64,000 bases of DNA, taken from Lama guanicoe (taxonomy: Eukaryota). The notes below the pieces were generated by a model. That model had not been told where the DNA came from and did no database searches. It worked only from the letters and a program-made list of their open reading frames with translations. Below, piece after piece: positions 12,865-24,900 of the stretch. Each line of letters opens with the position of its first letter. The first letter of the stretch is position 1. The position numbers and the translations under genes were made by a program. Location: the NCBI GenBank assembly GCA_013239625.1, contig MU054187.1, positions 2,737,757 to 2,801,756 on the forward strand, read 5' to 3'.

Positions 12865-13469
12865 GAATTGGAAAATAAAGCAGTCCAGTGTAAAAGATCC
12901 CTGGCTTGTGACTTGTTAGAAGTCAGAGGCTTTGTTTCTTTTGCTTTAGTTTTAAGCAGGCCCGCGTCTTAAATGGAGCATTTCCTTAACACATGTTGGT
13001 TGAATTTAACCAGTTTGCTTGTTATGGACACTAGACCTCCACGTCGTGGTGTCTCCCGCAACTAAAGCACACTTCTCAAGATCACCATTCAAACTGTCAA
13101 CTTTAAAATAAGGTAAAAAGCTCACGCGCTCACAGGCCACATTTTATTTGTGTGCCACCAAAGATCCATTGAAGGAGAGATTAGTTCGTTAGCCGTTTAA
13201 TAAAATTTTATTTGAAGGAGGTTATTTTGTTGGATATTGTAGGCGACTAGAAAGGCAAAGAAAGTCAGCTGTGTGTGCAGGTGTCTGTACGGATCTTTAT
13301 CAGAAGAAGAGGAATGACTCACTGCTGCGTCCGCACAGCGGCGAATCTCAGACCAGCTCTGTTCTTGGCCAGCGTGTGGTTTGTGCGCTACGTGGAGCGT
13401 TTGCTGTTGCTACGGGTGATCCAGGTGGCAGTGCAAACATCGCTGTCCCGACTGGCCGGCACAGACAGC

Positions 13470-13606
13470 GGTCAAGTTTACTCCCAAGCAGGTCTGAGCC
13501 ACAGGGCTGCCAGGCCCTTTTCTCTGAGTCTCCCAAACTCCAGCCCTCCCGCTAAGACATTTTGGAAGCAACTGAGGAATTTCTACCTACGTTTTGGAAA
13601 TCACAG
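13470..13606 (+). other. RP1: Candidate distal alternative first exon of RP1 (5' end uncertain)
   Basis: Good donor CAG|GTAAAG at 13606/13607. Upstream RFX-like GTTGCTACGGGTGAT (13406-13420) and forkhead GCAAACA (13433-13439). The last 18 nt (ACG TTT TGG AAA TCA CAG) would be in frame with exon 2. Confidence 0.45.
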
Positions 13607-14576
13607 GTAAAGTCTATGCTTTTTTTCCTTCTTGCCTTTTTTTTAAAACCAGAAATGGTAATTAAAATTTTAAGTTTTATAATTAGATTTTTAAAAGGGA
13701 GGATGTCTTACACTTCTATTTCAATGCAGAAGATTGCTTAATGGTGTGGAAACTATGCCAAAGATGGTAAAGGAAGCAGGAAAGGTCTGAGCTGCATCCC
13801 TTTGGGTCTTGGTGGCTGTGGGGAAGGTGAGGGGGCTTGCTCCTCTCGTGGGGCATTTTGGCTGATGTTTCTAAGGTGTCGTGGCTTTCCGAGCTTGTCT
13901 GGGCAACTGTTCTCAAGCTCAGGAGCCCGTGGGCCGGGCACAGGACGTGGGATTGAGCCGTAGGGCCCTCAGGGACCACTGGGGGGCATGAGGCAGAGGA
14001 ACAGTATGGTCAGTCTTAGGTTTCAGCACTGACATTTTTTACAATAACTGTGGAGGCAAAGAGGAGGGTGGCTCACAGTGGGGCGGGACCCCATGGGTGC
14101 CTGAAGACCCCTTAGGAGGCTACGGAGCATCTGATGTGGGATGAGTCCTAGGGGTGAGAAGGGCCAGACAAGGAGTATGAAAAGGATGTTCAGCACGTGC
14201 CGGAGCTGGGACAGGTGTGGGGACTCGGTCCCCAACCGGAGACAGACGGTTTACTAAGGTCTGTGGCTTCTAACCTGGATGATGTTAACTGCTCACATCC
14301 TTGTGACTGCGTTTTTCATGCTCAGTAACATTCAAGCAGTGACTATGTTCCAAGTCTGCAGAATGGGTACGTTGAGAGGAGCAGCTTTGGGGGGGCGTCC
14401 TGGCAGGAATACAGGTGTGGAGACAGGGGTGCAGGTCTGAGCTGCCACCCGCCCCCTCTCGGGTGTCTGCCTGCAGGCGAGCCCCCTGGTCCTCTCACTG
14501 GACACCACGGTGCTGCGTGACTCTGCCTCTTCATCTTAGATTGTTTTTCTCACTGTTCACGTGGAAGTTTTTTCCT

Positions 14577-16055
14577 TTTTTTTTTAAATTGAAGCGTAGT
14601 TTATTTACAATGTTGTGTTAGTTTCTGGGTACAGTAAATTGATTCAGTTATACATATATATACATGTTCTTTTCCGTATTCTTTTTCGTTATAGGTTATT
14701 CCAAGCTACTGAATATAGTTCTCTGTGCTGTACAGTGGGACCTTGTTGTTTATCTATTCTGTATATAGTTTGTATCTGCTAATCCCAAACTCCCGATTTA
14801 TCCCTCCCACTTTCCCCCTTTGGTAACCATAAGTTTGTTTTCTATGTCTGTGAGTCTGTTTCTGTTTTGTAAATAAGGTCATTTGTGTCATTTTTTAAGA
14901 TTCCACATACAAGTGATATCAAGTGATATTTGTCTTTGTCTGTCTGACTTCACATAGTAGGACAGTCTCCAGGTCCATCCGTGTTGCTGCAAATGGCATT
15001 ATTTTATTCTTTTTTTATGGCTGAGTAGTATCCTATTTATATATACACCACAGCTTCTTTATCCAGTCATCTGTCGATGGACATTCAGGTTGCTTCCATG
15101 TCTTGGCTGTTGTAAATAGTGCTGCTGTGAGCATCGGGATGCAGGTGTCTCTTTGAATTAGAGGTTTCTCTGGACATATGCCCAGGAGTGGGATGGCTGG
15201 ATCATATGGTAGCTCTATTTTTAGTTTCTTAAGGAACCTCCACACTGTTCTCCATAGCGGCTGCACCAGATGACATCCCCACCAGCAGTGCAGGAGGGAA
15301 CATAGTTTTTCTCCACACCCTCTCCAGCATTTGTCATTTGTGGACTTTTTAATGATGGCCATTCTGACCGGTGTGTGGTGATACGTCACTGTACTTTTGA
15401 TTTGCATTTTCTGATAATCAGCGATATTGAACATCTTTTCATGTGCCTATTGGCCATCTGTATGTCTTCACTGGAGAAATGTCTGTTGGGTTATTTTGGC
15501 CATTTTTTGATTGATTTATTTGGTTTTTTTGTTATTGAGTTGTATGAGCTGTTTGTATATTTTGGAAGTTAAGCCTTTGAAAGTTGCATTGTCTGCAAAT
15601 ATTTTCTCCCAGTCTGTAGGTTGTCTTTTTGTTTTATGTATGTAGTTTTCTTTGCTGTGCAAATCTTACAAGTTTAATTGGGTCCATTTGTTTATTTTTA
15701 CTTTTATTTCTGTTGCCTTGGTAGATTGATCTAGAAAAACACTGCTACTATTTGTGTTGGAGAACGTTTTGCCTATGTTCTCTGCTAGGAGACTTACGGT
15801 GTCCTGTGTTGTATTTAAGTCTTTAAATCATTCTGAGTTTATCTCTGCGCATGGTGTCGGGGTGTGTTCTAACTTCACTGATTTACACGCGGCTGTCCAC
15901 CTTTCCCAACACCACCTGCTGAAGAGACTGTCTTTTCTCCATTGTACATTCTTGCCTCCTTTGTTGAAGATTAATTGGCCGTAGGTGTGTGGGTTTGTTT
16001 CTAGACTCTCTATGCTGTTCCACTGATCCATGTGTTTGTTTCTGTGCCAGTATGG
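14577..16055 (-). mobile_element. 5'-truncated LINE-1 (ORF2 C-terminus, 3'UTR, poly-A), relatively young
   Basis: ORF 15033-15434 ([13 protein letters not shown]...CWRGCGEK...HCWW...[14 protein letters not shown]) and 15828-16031 (DQWNSIE...YGQLIFNKG...DSLFSRWCW) match L1 ORF2. Poly-T at ~14576-14585. Confidence 0.95.
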
Positions 16056-19000
16056 ACGTTTGTTTTTATTCTGATTAAGCTGCTAGCTGTTCTGACTGCT
16101 GTGGGGCCGGAAGGAGCATGCAGGACACCCCCTACCTCCACCCCATCCACCCGGCTCACTTCAGATGTGGACAAGCTGGAGTCGTGGCGTCTTCTGGTTG
16201 CAAGGTCACAGGCAAGAGGCCCTCTCCTCCTGCTCAGGCCCGAGTTCACCGGTCCTGCTCCCCAAGGGGGCCTGGGTGCCCGGTGCCCGGGTTTCTCCTG
16301 AGTCAGCATCGCTTGTGTCCAGGAGGCCTTCCCCAGTCCTTCGTCTTCCCCCCCTCCTGTTTCCAAATCTGTCAGGGAGAATAATGGCAGGGTGTGGGGG
16401 GCGCAGCAGACAGTGCCTGGACGTCGTGAGCACCCAATATATTAACAAGTAGATCTCATGTCTCCTGGTCTGACAAGTCAGTGTCATTTGGGTGGGGAGA
16501 CCCAGATGGCCTGCGAGTGGGTCTCCTCGTTTGGCGTCACTGCCGTGCAGTGGCGTCTGGCGGCTTTATGTGGGGCCAGAACGGGAGGCTCCATGTGGGA
16601 CGCAGGTTCTGGTTCCCCCACAGGACTGGGAGGGGCCGCTCTGCAGCCTCAGGACGTGTGATGTGGGATTCGGATGCGAGGGCCCGCACAGCTGCCTGGG
16701 GAACCCCTTGCGGGGAAACTGTGTGAGCCCCGTTAACCCCAGGAGCCAGGGAGCCTTGAGAGAGGGTTCTGTCAAGCTGGCCCCACTGAACTGAGCAAAA
16801 GCTTCTACTTGTAAACTTCTCAGTAAACTCGCAGCCGCCTCATTTCATCTGGCATGTCTGAAGTCAACGGCAGAATACTTTCTCAAGAATGTGCCGTGAA
16901 ATCTTTCTTCCTCTTGGCCAATCAGAATGTATATATTTAAAATGTTTAACGTGGCGTCTGAGTAAGCGCAGAGAGATTAAGTTCCTTGCCCACCAGCACC
17001 ACAGCAATAGGTGTTTAGTTTCTGTTTACATGCACTTTATTTAGTCCCTTAGAATCGTTTAGTAGCAACATAACACAAAAGCCAAACAGCCCACTTAGAG
17101 ACCTGTCAACACGGTGAGGGCCCGGGAGTGACCACAGGGAAGGATGCCTCAGTACAAGGAAACGCTAGAGGAGTCTGGTGGACGTGACTTGGTCGAGCCA
17201 TACAGACACAGGTCACACGGTCATCTTATAAAGAAAGAGTTGTGGCTTTTCAGGTGGTTAACTGGCAGACTGTGTAAACTCTGGCCACTGGATTATTTTG
17301 TTCCAGGCTAACTTACTGGATCACAAAAGAATTTTAGTAATTATCAAACAGAAAAAAAGATCAACAAATATTGCCAGAACATTCTATGAGTAAGCTGCTT
17401 TCTGTGCATGGTTGGTGAATGCCATATTCCAGTTAATTACATATCCTGAGAACATATGAATCAGCACCGTGACACTGTGCCTACAGTAACTGTACTCAGA
17501 TAATGAAAATACACTCAGATAGAAATGACAATAATTTTTGTTTTTCTTTGAGAAGTTATTTCACATCTTTATGGTGTTTCAGGGACACGGATGTAAATAC
17601 CACTTATCACCACAAAGCACCTACAGAGGGCATATGGGATTGGTGGTCCAATGAAAAAGGCCCCCTAGGTCCCCTGGGAAGAGAGACGGTCCTAATAGTG
17701 TTAAGTAATTTAAAATGAATCTTCCTCAATATCAACAGCTTTTCTGTTACTCAAACGATTCTGCAAACTCGGAGTTTCACGGGTTTTTTTTGGTTAATTA
17801 TGTTCATCTGTGAAACCGGTGACTATGGTGTAACACTTCTATGTCCATTAAGACAATGAAGATGGACTGATGGTTGCCTTTCATTAAACAATTGCATTAT
17901 TCACGTCTGAAGCTACCTGACGTTTCAGAGAAGGCATCTTTGAAGACTACACTGAAATGACAACATTCGTCTCTGATAGATAAGCCAGTCTCTGAAATAA
18001 AAGAAGAGGTTTTAATAATATTAGGGCTGGTGAAGTTCACTATACATTTATAAGCGTTATCTAGGGTTTCAGTATTAATTTATCAGAAAAGCATTTTCAT
18101 AGCAGGTGCTGCACAAATGGCACTTCCACACACAAGAGGAAGGCAGTTTTTCAAAGGTCTCTGAAGGTCCCCAAGGGAGTTCTGTGCCAAGAACACAGGG
18201 CCAGGCACACATGGCCTGTCTCTACAGGTTTTGCCCAGAACGGGTGGTGCGGGGGCTAGTCGGCTGGGCAGGAGCAGCAGGCTTTCCCGAGGCCCAGGGC
18301 CGACAGCGCGCACGGCGTCTCGTGTGACTGGGCCTCTTTCCCTGAGGGCCGCACCCTGCTGTCTGCCCCTTAGTCTCACCACCCGCACGAGGAAGGAAAT
18401 CAAATCTCAAGAAAGAAAGAGGAGAACATAACCAGGAAAGCGCTGAGGTGACTGGCGCTAACAGAGGAGGAGGGGCCTGGGCCTGGGGGCGCTGGGGGGG
18501 GTGCCGGCCGAGGGGGGCATGGCGGTGAGCTTGCTCAGAGGCTGCCTGGTCCCACCCCGGTGTGGGGGGCGGGGGCACAGGGCCGACCGGTCCCCGTGCA
18601 AGTCCAGGCTGCGGCTCTGGCCCCGCTTTGCCCTGGGTGTTCCCTGATTTTCTTACAACTGATCTGAATACTTGAATCCCTGTAGCTCAGGAAGCAGTCT
18701 GGCTTTTGCTTCTCCAGACAAATCTCAAAGGAGAAACTTCAAAATAGGCAATTATTTTGTCTCCGTACGTCCAAGTGCCTGTCTGACACGTTTTGTCAAA
18801 CTTCTCTCGAGTCACAGGGCGCTCCGTTGTGACGCATCCGTGAGCGTCTTCAGACACTCGGAGGGCCGCCTGCACTCGGCTGAGCGAGCAGACAACTTCC
18901 ATTCTGCTCTGGTAAAGGGCCAGGTTAACATGGGCATCAGCATCCGAGCACCTTTTACAGCCTCGGATCCAAGTACCTTTCAGGGAGCCACAAAAGGCCA

Positions 19001-19499
19001 CCTTTTTACAGCTTAATTCAGAGCTTATCAAGGTCTTATCAAGGTCACGGCATTTCACTTATTAGCAGGAGGCCTCCTGAGGAGGAGCAGAGTGAAAATG
19101 CAGGCACGCAATTTCCAGAACTCAGCTTCCTAACAGGTGGGATGGAGAGGGAGAATGTTTCTCCTGGTTTGAGGTGGTCATTTCCAGCGTAACGGTCTCT
19201 GAATGCAGCAAGCAGCGGGAAGCCGACCTCACTTCCCACTTTGTGGATTCAGGAAAAAAAAAAAGTCACTCTATGTGGGAGAAGAATCTATAAAGTCATG
19301 GATTTGAGAATGTTTTACAAAGTTTCAGGGTCCTTTGAAGCATTTCTGTAAAAATATTTAGAAGTAATGTTTGTGGTTGGTGCGATCTGTCTGTGATCGC
19401 TTCATTAGATCAGGCATTGCCCAGATGTCCGAATTATTTATTTTACTGAGTATGTGTAACGGGGGTCGGGGGGTCGGGGAGAGATTTGTCTCCAGTCTA

Positions 19500-19982
19500 A
19501 TGCTTGGCATACAGTCATGCTTCTCTGATAATTTTGGCTGCACAAAACTGAATCATGAAAAATAGACATATATATGTTTCTTTCTTATTAAAAAAAAAGT
19601 GAATCCACAGTCCAGGGCTGGGATGGTGGATCTATAATGGGAGACTGCAGATTCTTCCATCCACTCTGCTGTTACTGGCTGCCATTCCTAAGGTCACCTT
19701 GTGGTCCAAGGTGGCTGCTGGAGCTCCAGCCATTGAACAACATTCTAGAACAGCAAGGAGGAAGAAGGGGACAAAAAAGGGAACCCTTCCATATATAGGA
19801 TTCTTCCTGAAAGAATTGTGCAACACTGCTGCCTCCAACTCAGTGGTTAGAACAGTGACCTGGCCATGGGTGGCTGTGACAGACACTGGGAAATGTGCTT
19901 GGCTTAAAAAAAGTCAGAATCCTTTTATTAAAAAGAAAGGAAGAAGGGATTTTTAGATACAGCTAGCAATCCCTGCCATACA
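19500..19982 (-). mobile_element. Old MaLR LTR (MLT1J/K-like)
   Basis: 'ggtccaaggtggctgctggagctccagccat' and 'gacactgggaaatgtg...agctagcaatccctgccataca'. Confidence 0.6.
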
Positions 19983-21489
19983 GCTCAAAAAATACTTGTT
20001 GCCTTGAGTTAGAGCAGTTGGCCGGCAATGGTGTCCATGAGAGTTTGTTAATTGATCTTTTCTCCTGAAAAACCAGGAAGCTTTTGGATGTCACAGTGTG
20101 ATAAGTGTGGGGCTTGGGAGAGAGAAGGCTGGGCCTGGACACGTCTCAGCTGACCTGACTGCTGTGGGCAAGGATGGTCACCTGGGGCTCTTCTGCCCTT
20201 CAGGAAGCTGGCGTGAGCACGAGTGGAGGGAGGCAGGTGCTGTCAGGCTTCGTAAGATGGAAATCGAGTGCTCAGTGGTGAACGGGGATGTCTGAGAACC
20301 TCTCCAGTTTTCGCCACACATCACACCCGAGACGGGATCTGGGGAGGCCTCCAGGGCCCTCATGAATTCAGAACTCGGTGACTTTGTACGTGGCTCCATC
20401 ACTTGGTTTCCGTGTTGCTGAGTCATTTAACAATGCTAAGTGTCAGTTTCCACATCTTTAAAATGGGGATATGCCAGTCCCTTCTTTCCTGGGCTGGTGT
20501 ATTAAGGAAAAAAAATGAAAGTAAAGAGCTCTGCTCAGTGCCCAGCACATACTAAATATTTAATAAATATTAATTGTAATTATTAATAATGCAAGGAGCG
20601 GAACAAAAAAATCTTGAAAATTAGGTGTAAAATCCAGTGGCCCAAATGCCTTTCTTCCTGGGTCGCCTTGAAGGAGGGCAGGACGGTCCAGCATTAACTC
20701 TCACAGTCTGGGCCTCGTTCTTCAGAAACCAGCTTAATCAGTATTTAGTTCTGTGTGTCTTTCCTTTCGTCTAGTCTGGAGTACGTGTCATACTGTTTTT
20801 AGCTATTTTCAAACAAATAAGCAAACGCACAGAACAAGTCTTCTTGCAGGAACCTGAGGACCAAAACGTGTTGACAAGGAAAACCGGCTTCATGGTCCAG
20901 ATTAAAGAGTCGGCACTTGGTCATCATTTCTGGTTGCGGCCGGCCAGACTCCGCTTTTAAACAGAAAACAGAAAGAGTGCCGTTAGGCCCGACAGAAACC
21001 CACATGTAACTGAGGTTTGGAGGTGACTCCCCGCGGAGTCTGGAAGCGAGGGCTCCTCTGACTTGTGCTGCTGCAGACAGAGCCTGCCCAGCCCGGGGGC
21101 CCGTGTCACCGGAGCCCCCCTGTGGTCTCCCGCCTCCGCCCGGCTGGGCTGTCCCTTCCCCGGGACTCCCCACCCTCACTGTGGCCTCCCCTGACCCATG
21201 GGCGAGTCCGGCTTCCCCAGGGCAGCCTCTGTGTTTCCACAGCAGCCACCGCACTTGTCGTGGCCTGTTAGAGCCGACCTTCGCTGGGAGCCTCCAACTC
21301 CGGTCCCAGGGGCTGCGTCTTCCTGTCGACGGCTGTGCACCGTGCCCAGGCTGTTGTCCCCTCTCAGGACCAGGGGCCAGGGCCAGGCGTGGATCAGGGC
21401 CTCTGCACAGCCCACGTCTACACGGAGCCGCGGGAGTGAGGATGCACGGCTGGTGCAGCTTGCTCCGCCTCCTTCAGAAGAGGCACCAG

Positions 21490-21930
21490 CACCAGCTTGG
21501 CAGGCCTGCCAAACAAAGGCCCACGACCTGGGTGTTCACAGGACAGAAGCTCTTCGTCTCATGGCTCTGGGCACTAGAGGTCCAAGATCCTAGTGTCGGT
21601 GGGGCTGGTTCCTACTGAGGCTGCGAGGGAGAGGTCTGTTCCCCGCCTCTCTCCCAGCTGCTGGTGTTTGTGGCCATCTTTGGGGTCCTCTGGCTTGTAG
21701 AAGCATCACCTGATCTCTGCCTTCATCCTCACATAGTGTCCTCCCTGAGGGCCCGTCAGTGTCCAAACTTCCCCTTTTTATAAGGTCGGCGGTCATATTG
21801 GGTTAAGGCCGCCCTGGCGACCTCATTGTAACGTGATCATGTGCCCAGATCCTGCTCCACAGTAAGGCTCCACCCACAGGTACCGGGGTCAGGACTCCAC
21901 ATCTTCTGGGGGGACTGAGTTCGTCACACG
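21490..21930 (-). mobile_element. MaLR LTR (MLT1A-C-like)
   Basis: 'tagaggtccaagatc...gtgtcggtggggctggttcct...gaggctgcgagggagaggtctgttcc...gcttgtagaagcatcacc...gtccaaacttcccctttttataagg'. Confidence 0.8.
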
Positions 21931-24900
21931 TTGCCCTCTGTGCTGAAGGGTGGTGCCCCTTACCCAGCATTTTTAGGATGCGGAGGCTGTGTTATTTCCC
22001 TGGCTCTAGTCCTGTGTGTTGTCTTTTGTAAGCAGGAGCCGTAAGGCAGAGAACACGCTGGGGTATAAATTAAGAGGTGGGCTTGCTCGGTTAAGGGAAC
22101 TTGTCTGCTAAGTATGGAAAATTCTCTCCATGTGGAGTTTTCGACTGACGTCAGACCCACGTGGCTGCATATCCACCAAGAAGGGCCGCTGCAGGAGTTC
22201 CTTTATTCTCACAGATCCATGGACAATTATTTAGAGAAAGTGACTTTGTCAGCAATTTAATGAAAGTCACCCAGCCTTCGAAATTAGAAGCAATTCAAGC
22301 TTTGTCACCCATTAGCTCTGTGGTGCTTGGCAAGTCACTTAATTGTCTGGACATCAGCACACTGTCCGGAAAGTTCCGGCGCTGCAGTAGGTTACCTCAA
22401 AGGACCCTTGTGGCTGGAACCTTCTCTGGATTGTGTGGTCCTTTTAGTGTTGAAAGCACAGAAGTTCTGTAAGGAACTGGGCTGTGCAAGTAGAAAAAGA
22501 AGTTAATCAAATACTTCCCTGTCTGTTGTCAGCCGTGGACGTGAGACGGTTCCCGCCTCAGCGCAGAGGGAAGCTGGGGAGAGCTACTCGGAGCTCGGGC
22601 AGACTGGGCACCAATATTTTAATGCCTGTATTGTAAGTTCTCTGATTTTTTGTCTTTTCTTGTATCTCCTTTCTGCCTCCGTACAGGCACTTACCAGGAA
22701 CCTATGTAGTTTGCATCTGAATGACTTGAATATACTTTAGTTCACTTTGATTTAACACAGAGAAGCACTGCAGGTCTCAAGGACTGCCGGTTGCAGAAGC
22801 CTGGAGTCAGTGAGATGAAACCCCATCTTGAGAATCTGAATCAAACTGCCTTGTGTGGAAGGACTGTAAAGAAAACGTTAGGTGGTTTGAACAGGGTGTT
22901 ACGAGAGCAGTGCGTTTTAAGTAAATTCTCTGGTTTTCAAGAACTTGAATTGTAATAAAAAATTTTTGATGTGCTATTTGAATTTTCAGTAGCAGATAAA
23001 TGTGTGTATAGAGGAGCTTACTAAAACTTGAGAACCTTTAAAAAAATGGCACAGCTCGTGGGACACACGCCCTCTGCTCAGGGCGCTGTCCCCGCTCAGC
23101 CCGGCGGTCACGCCCTGGTGGGTTTGCGGCGTTAGAGTCACAGGGGTCAGATGTGTCATTTCCATCCTCACGATAACCAAGTTTCCAAAGGGTTGTTTCT
23201 GTCAGTATCTGATAACCTGTTCAGGAACCACATCCGAATTTTTCCTTGTACCAGGGAGACTTCAGGGTGTACACACTCAGTCTTGATAATCTTGGCTTAA
23301 AACTCCCGCTAATAATAGCATCGTTACTATAAATAGAGATTTTCGATGCCCTCTCCTTCTATTGTACTGCTTCTTTCAGTGTTCAATGTATCTTAACCCT
23401 TTTTCTTTATTTTGTCATAAAACCGTGACCCTTGGTTGCTGGGAGGATGCACAGTAGACCAGAAGTCGTAACCGTGTTTGGCTAAATCAGTCATCACCTT
23501 CTGTTTCCAAGAATGAGGCAGTGGCTCGAGGGAGGTGTAGACTCTGCTTTCCACTCAGCCTTTCCAAAGCAAACAGAAAAAAGGTGGAAATGTTTGCTGA
23601 CCGCGCTGGTCGGCTGCGGGGAACGGTCTTTTAAGGATGCGACCTTCGTTGTTGTGAAAGAGAGGGAGGTCAGACTGTCAGGGTTTTGTCGAATTTAAGC
23701 TTGAGACAGAAAGCAGCCACTTCCGGAGAAAGAGCACCGATGAATGGTCTTAGTTCTAGTTTAATGTTTGGGAGGCACAGAGATTTTGATGCGAAGGAAG
23801 CTGGGGAGAGAAGTTCTCAGTGCCGTAGCTTCTCCCTCAGATTGAAGGATGCTTTGATTTACATTTCAACAGTATGTGATTTCAGAACTTTGCTTTTTAT
23901 ATCCCACCCCCTCCCCTACAAAAAAGGGGTCTCATTCAACATTGTCATGAGGCAAGGAGCAGAGTTGCAGCGATAAGCCAGTAGAGCTGGTCCTCAAAGT
24001 GTCCTGGGAAGTTCCCAGCCCGGGTGCCGCTCGCGTGCCCGAAGGAGGAAAGGTGCGACTGAACGTCAGACTCGTCCCCCATCGCTGCTGGCGCTCAGCC
24101 TGCAGCAGCTGCTCGCGCGGGGGCTTCAGCAGCGGCCACGGAAGCGTGCGTTTCTGCTTCTCTTGCGTTGCTTGCTGACGCCGGGCCTCTTCTCAGGCTT
24201 TAAAGACAGTCTTCAAAGGATGTTACATGTCAGAAAAGTCACTGTCAGCCATGTTAGAAAAAAATGATGCCACGTGAGTGACAAGCAAGAGATTCTCACC
24301 GAGAGATTCCCATTTGTATTTGGGATCAGGGTGTAATTGATCCTCTTTGTGGCAGACATGCCACAGTCCTGGTTATATCCGAAACGGCAGGGAAGATGTT
24401 AGAAGTCTGGAAGTGAAAACACCGGAAGGTGATGTATTTCAGGGCAAGAGGTAATCTCTTTCCACTTTGCGTCCGGAAATTCAAGGGTTTTGCTTCCCAG
24501 TCAGAATCCCTGAGGCACTGGCCCATGGGGATGTGGTGGGGAGGCCATCCTAGGTGTGGGCGGGGTTATCAGTCGCCCACGTTCAACGTGATAGACCCTT
24601 GTGAAAAACCTGGCTCGATTAAATAGATTGGAATATGTTTCAGATTTCTGTGCAGTGCTCTGATTTCTAGTTGCTCTGTTTACTATTCTACAATTTAAAA
24701 TAGGCAATAAAAACTTCTCTAAATAAGAGAAAGCTTCCTGAGTAGATGGGGAAAAATTGTCTGTTTTTTGGTGTGAAAAAAGTCCATCATTTGTATGTGA
24801 TTTCCGTGTGAAGGGGAAAATGTCACTGTCACCGTGTTAACCGAAATATAAGTGCTAGAAATAGTGAATCTGCATTCAGAGTTTATAGTCCATGTGGTTT

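Noticed and set aside
13271..13610. ORFs with a faint PLAT-like 'FAVATGDPGGSANIAV'
   Set aside because: The other PLAT motifs are missing; a promoter/first-exon reading fits better.
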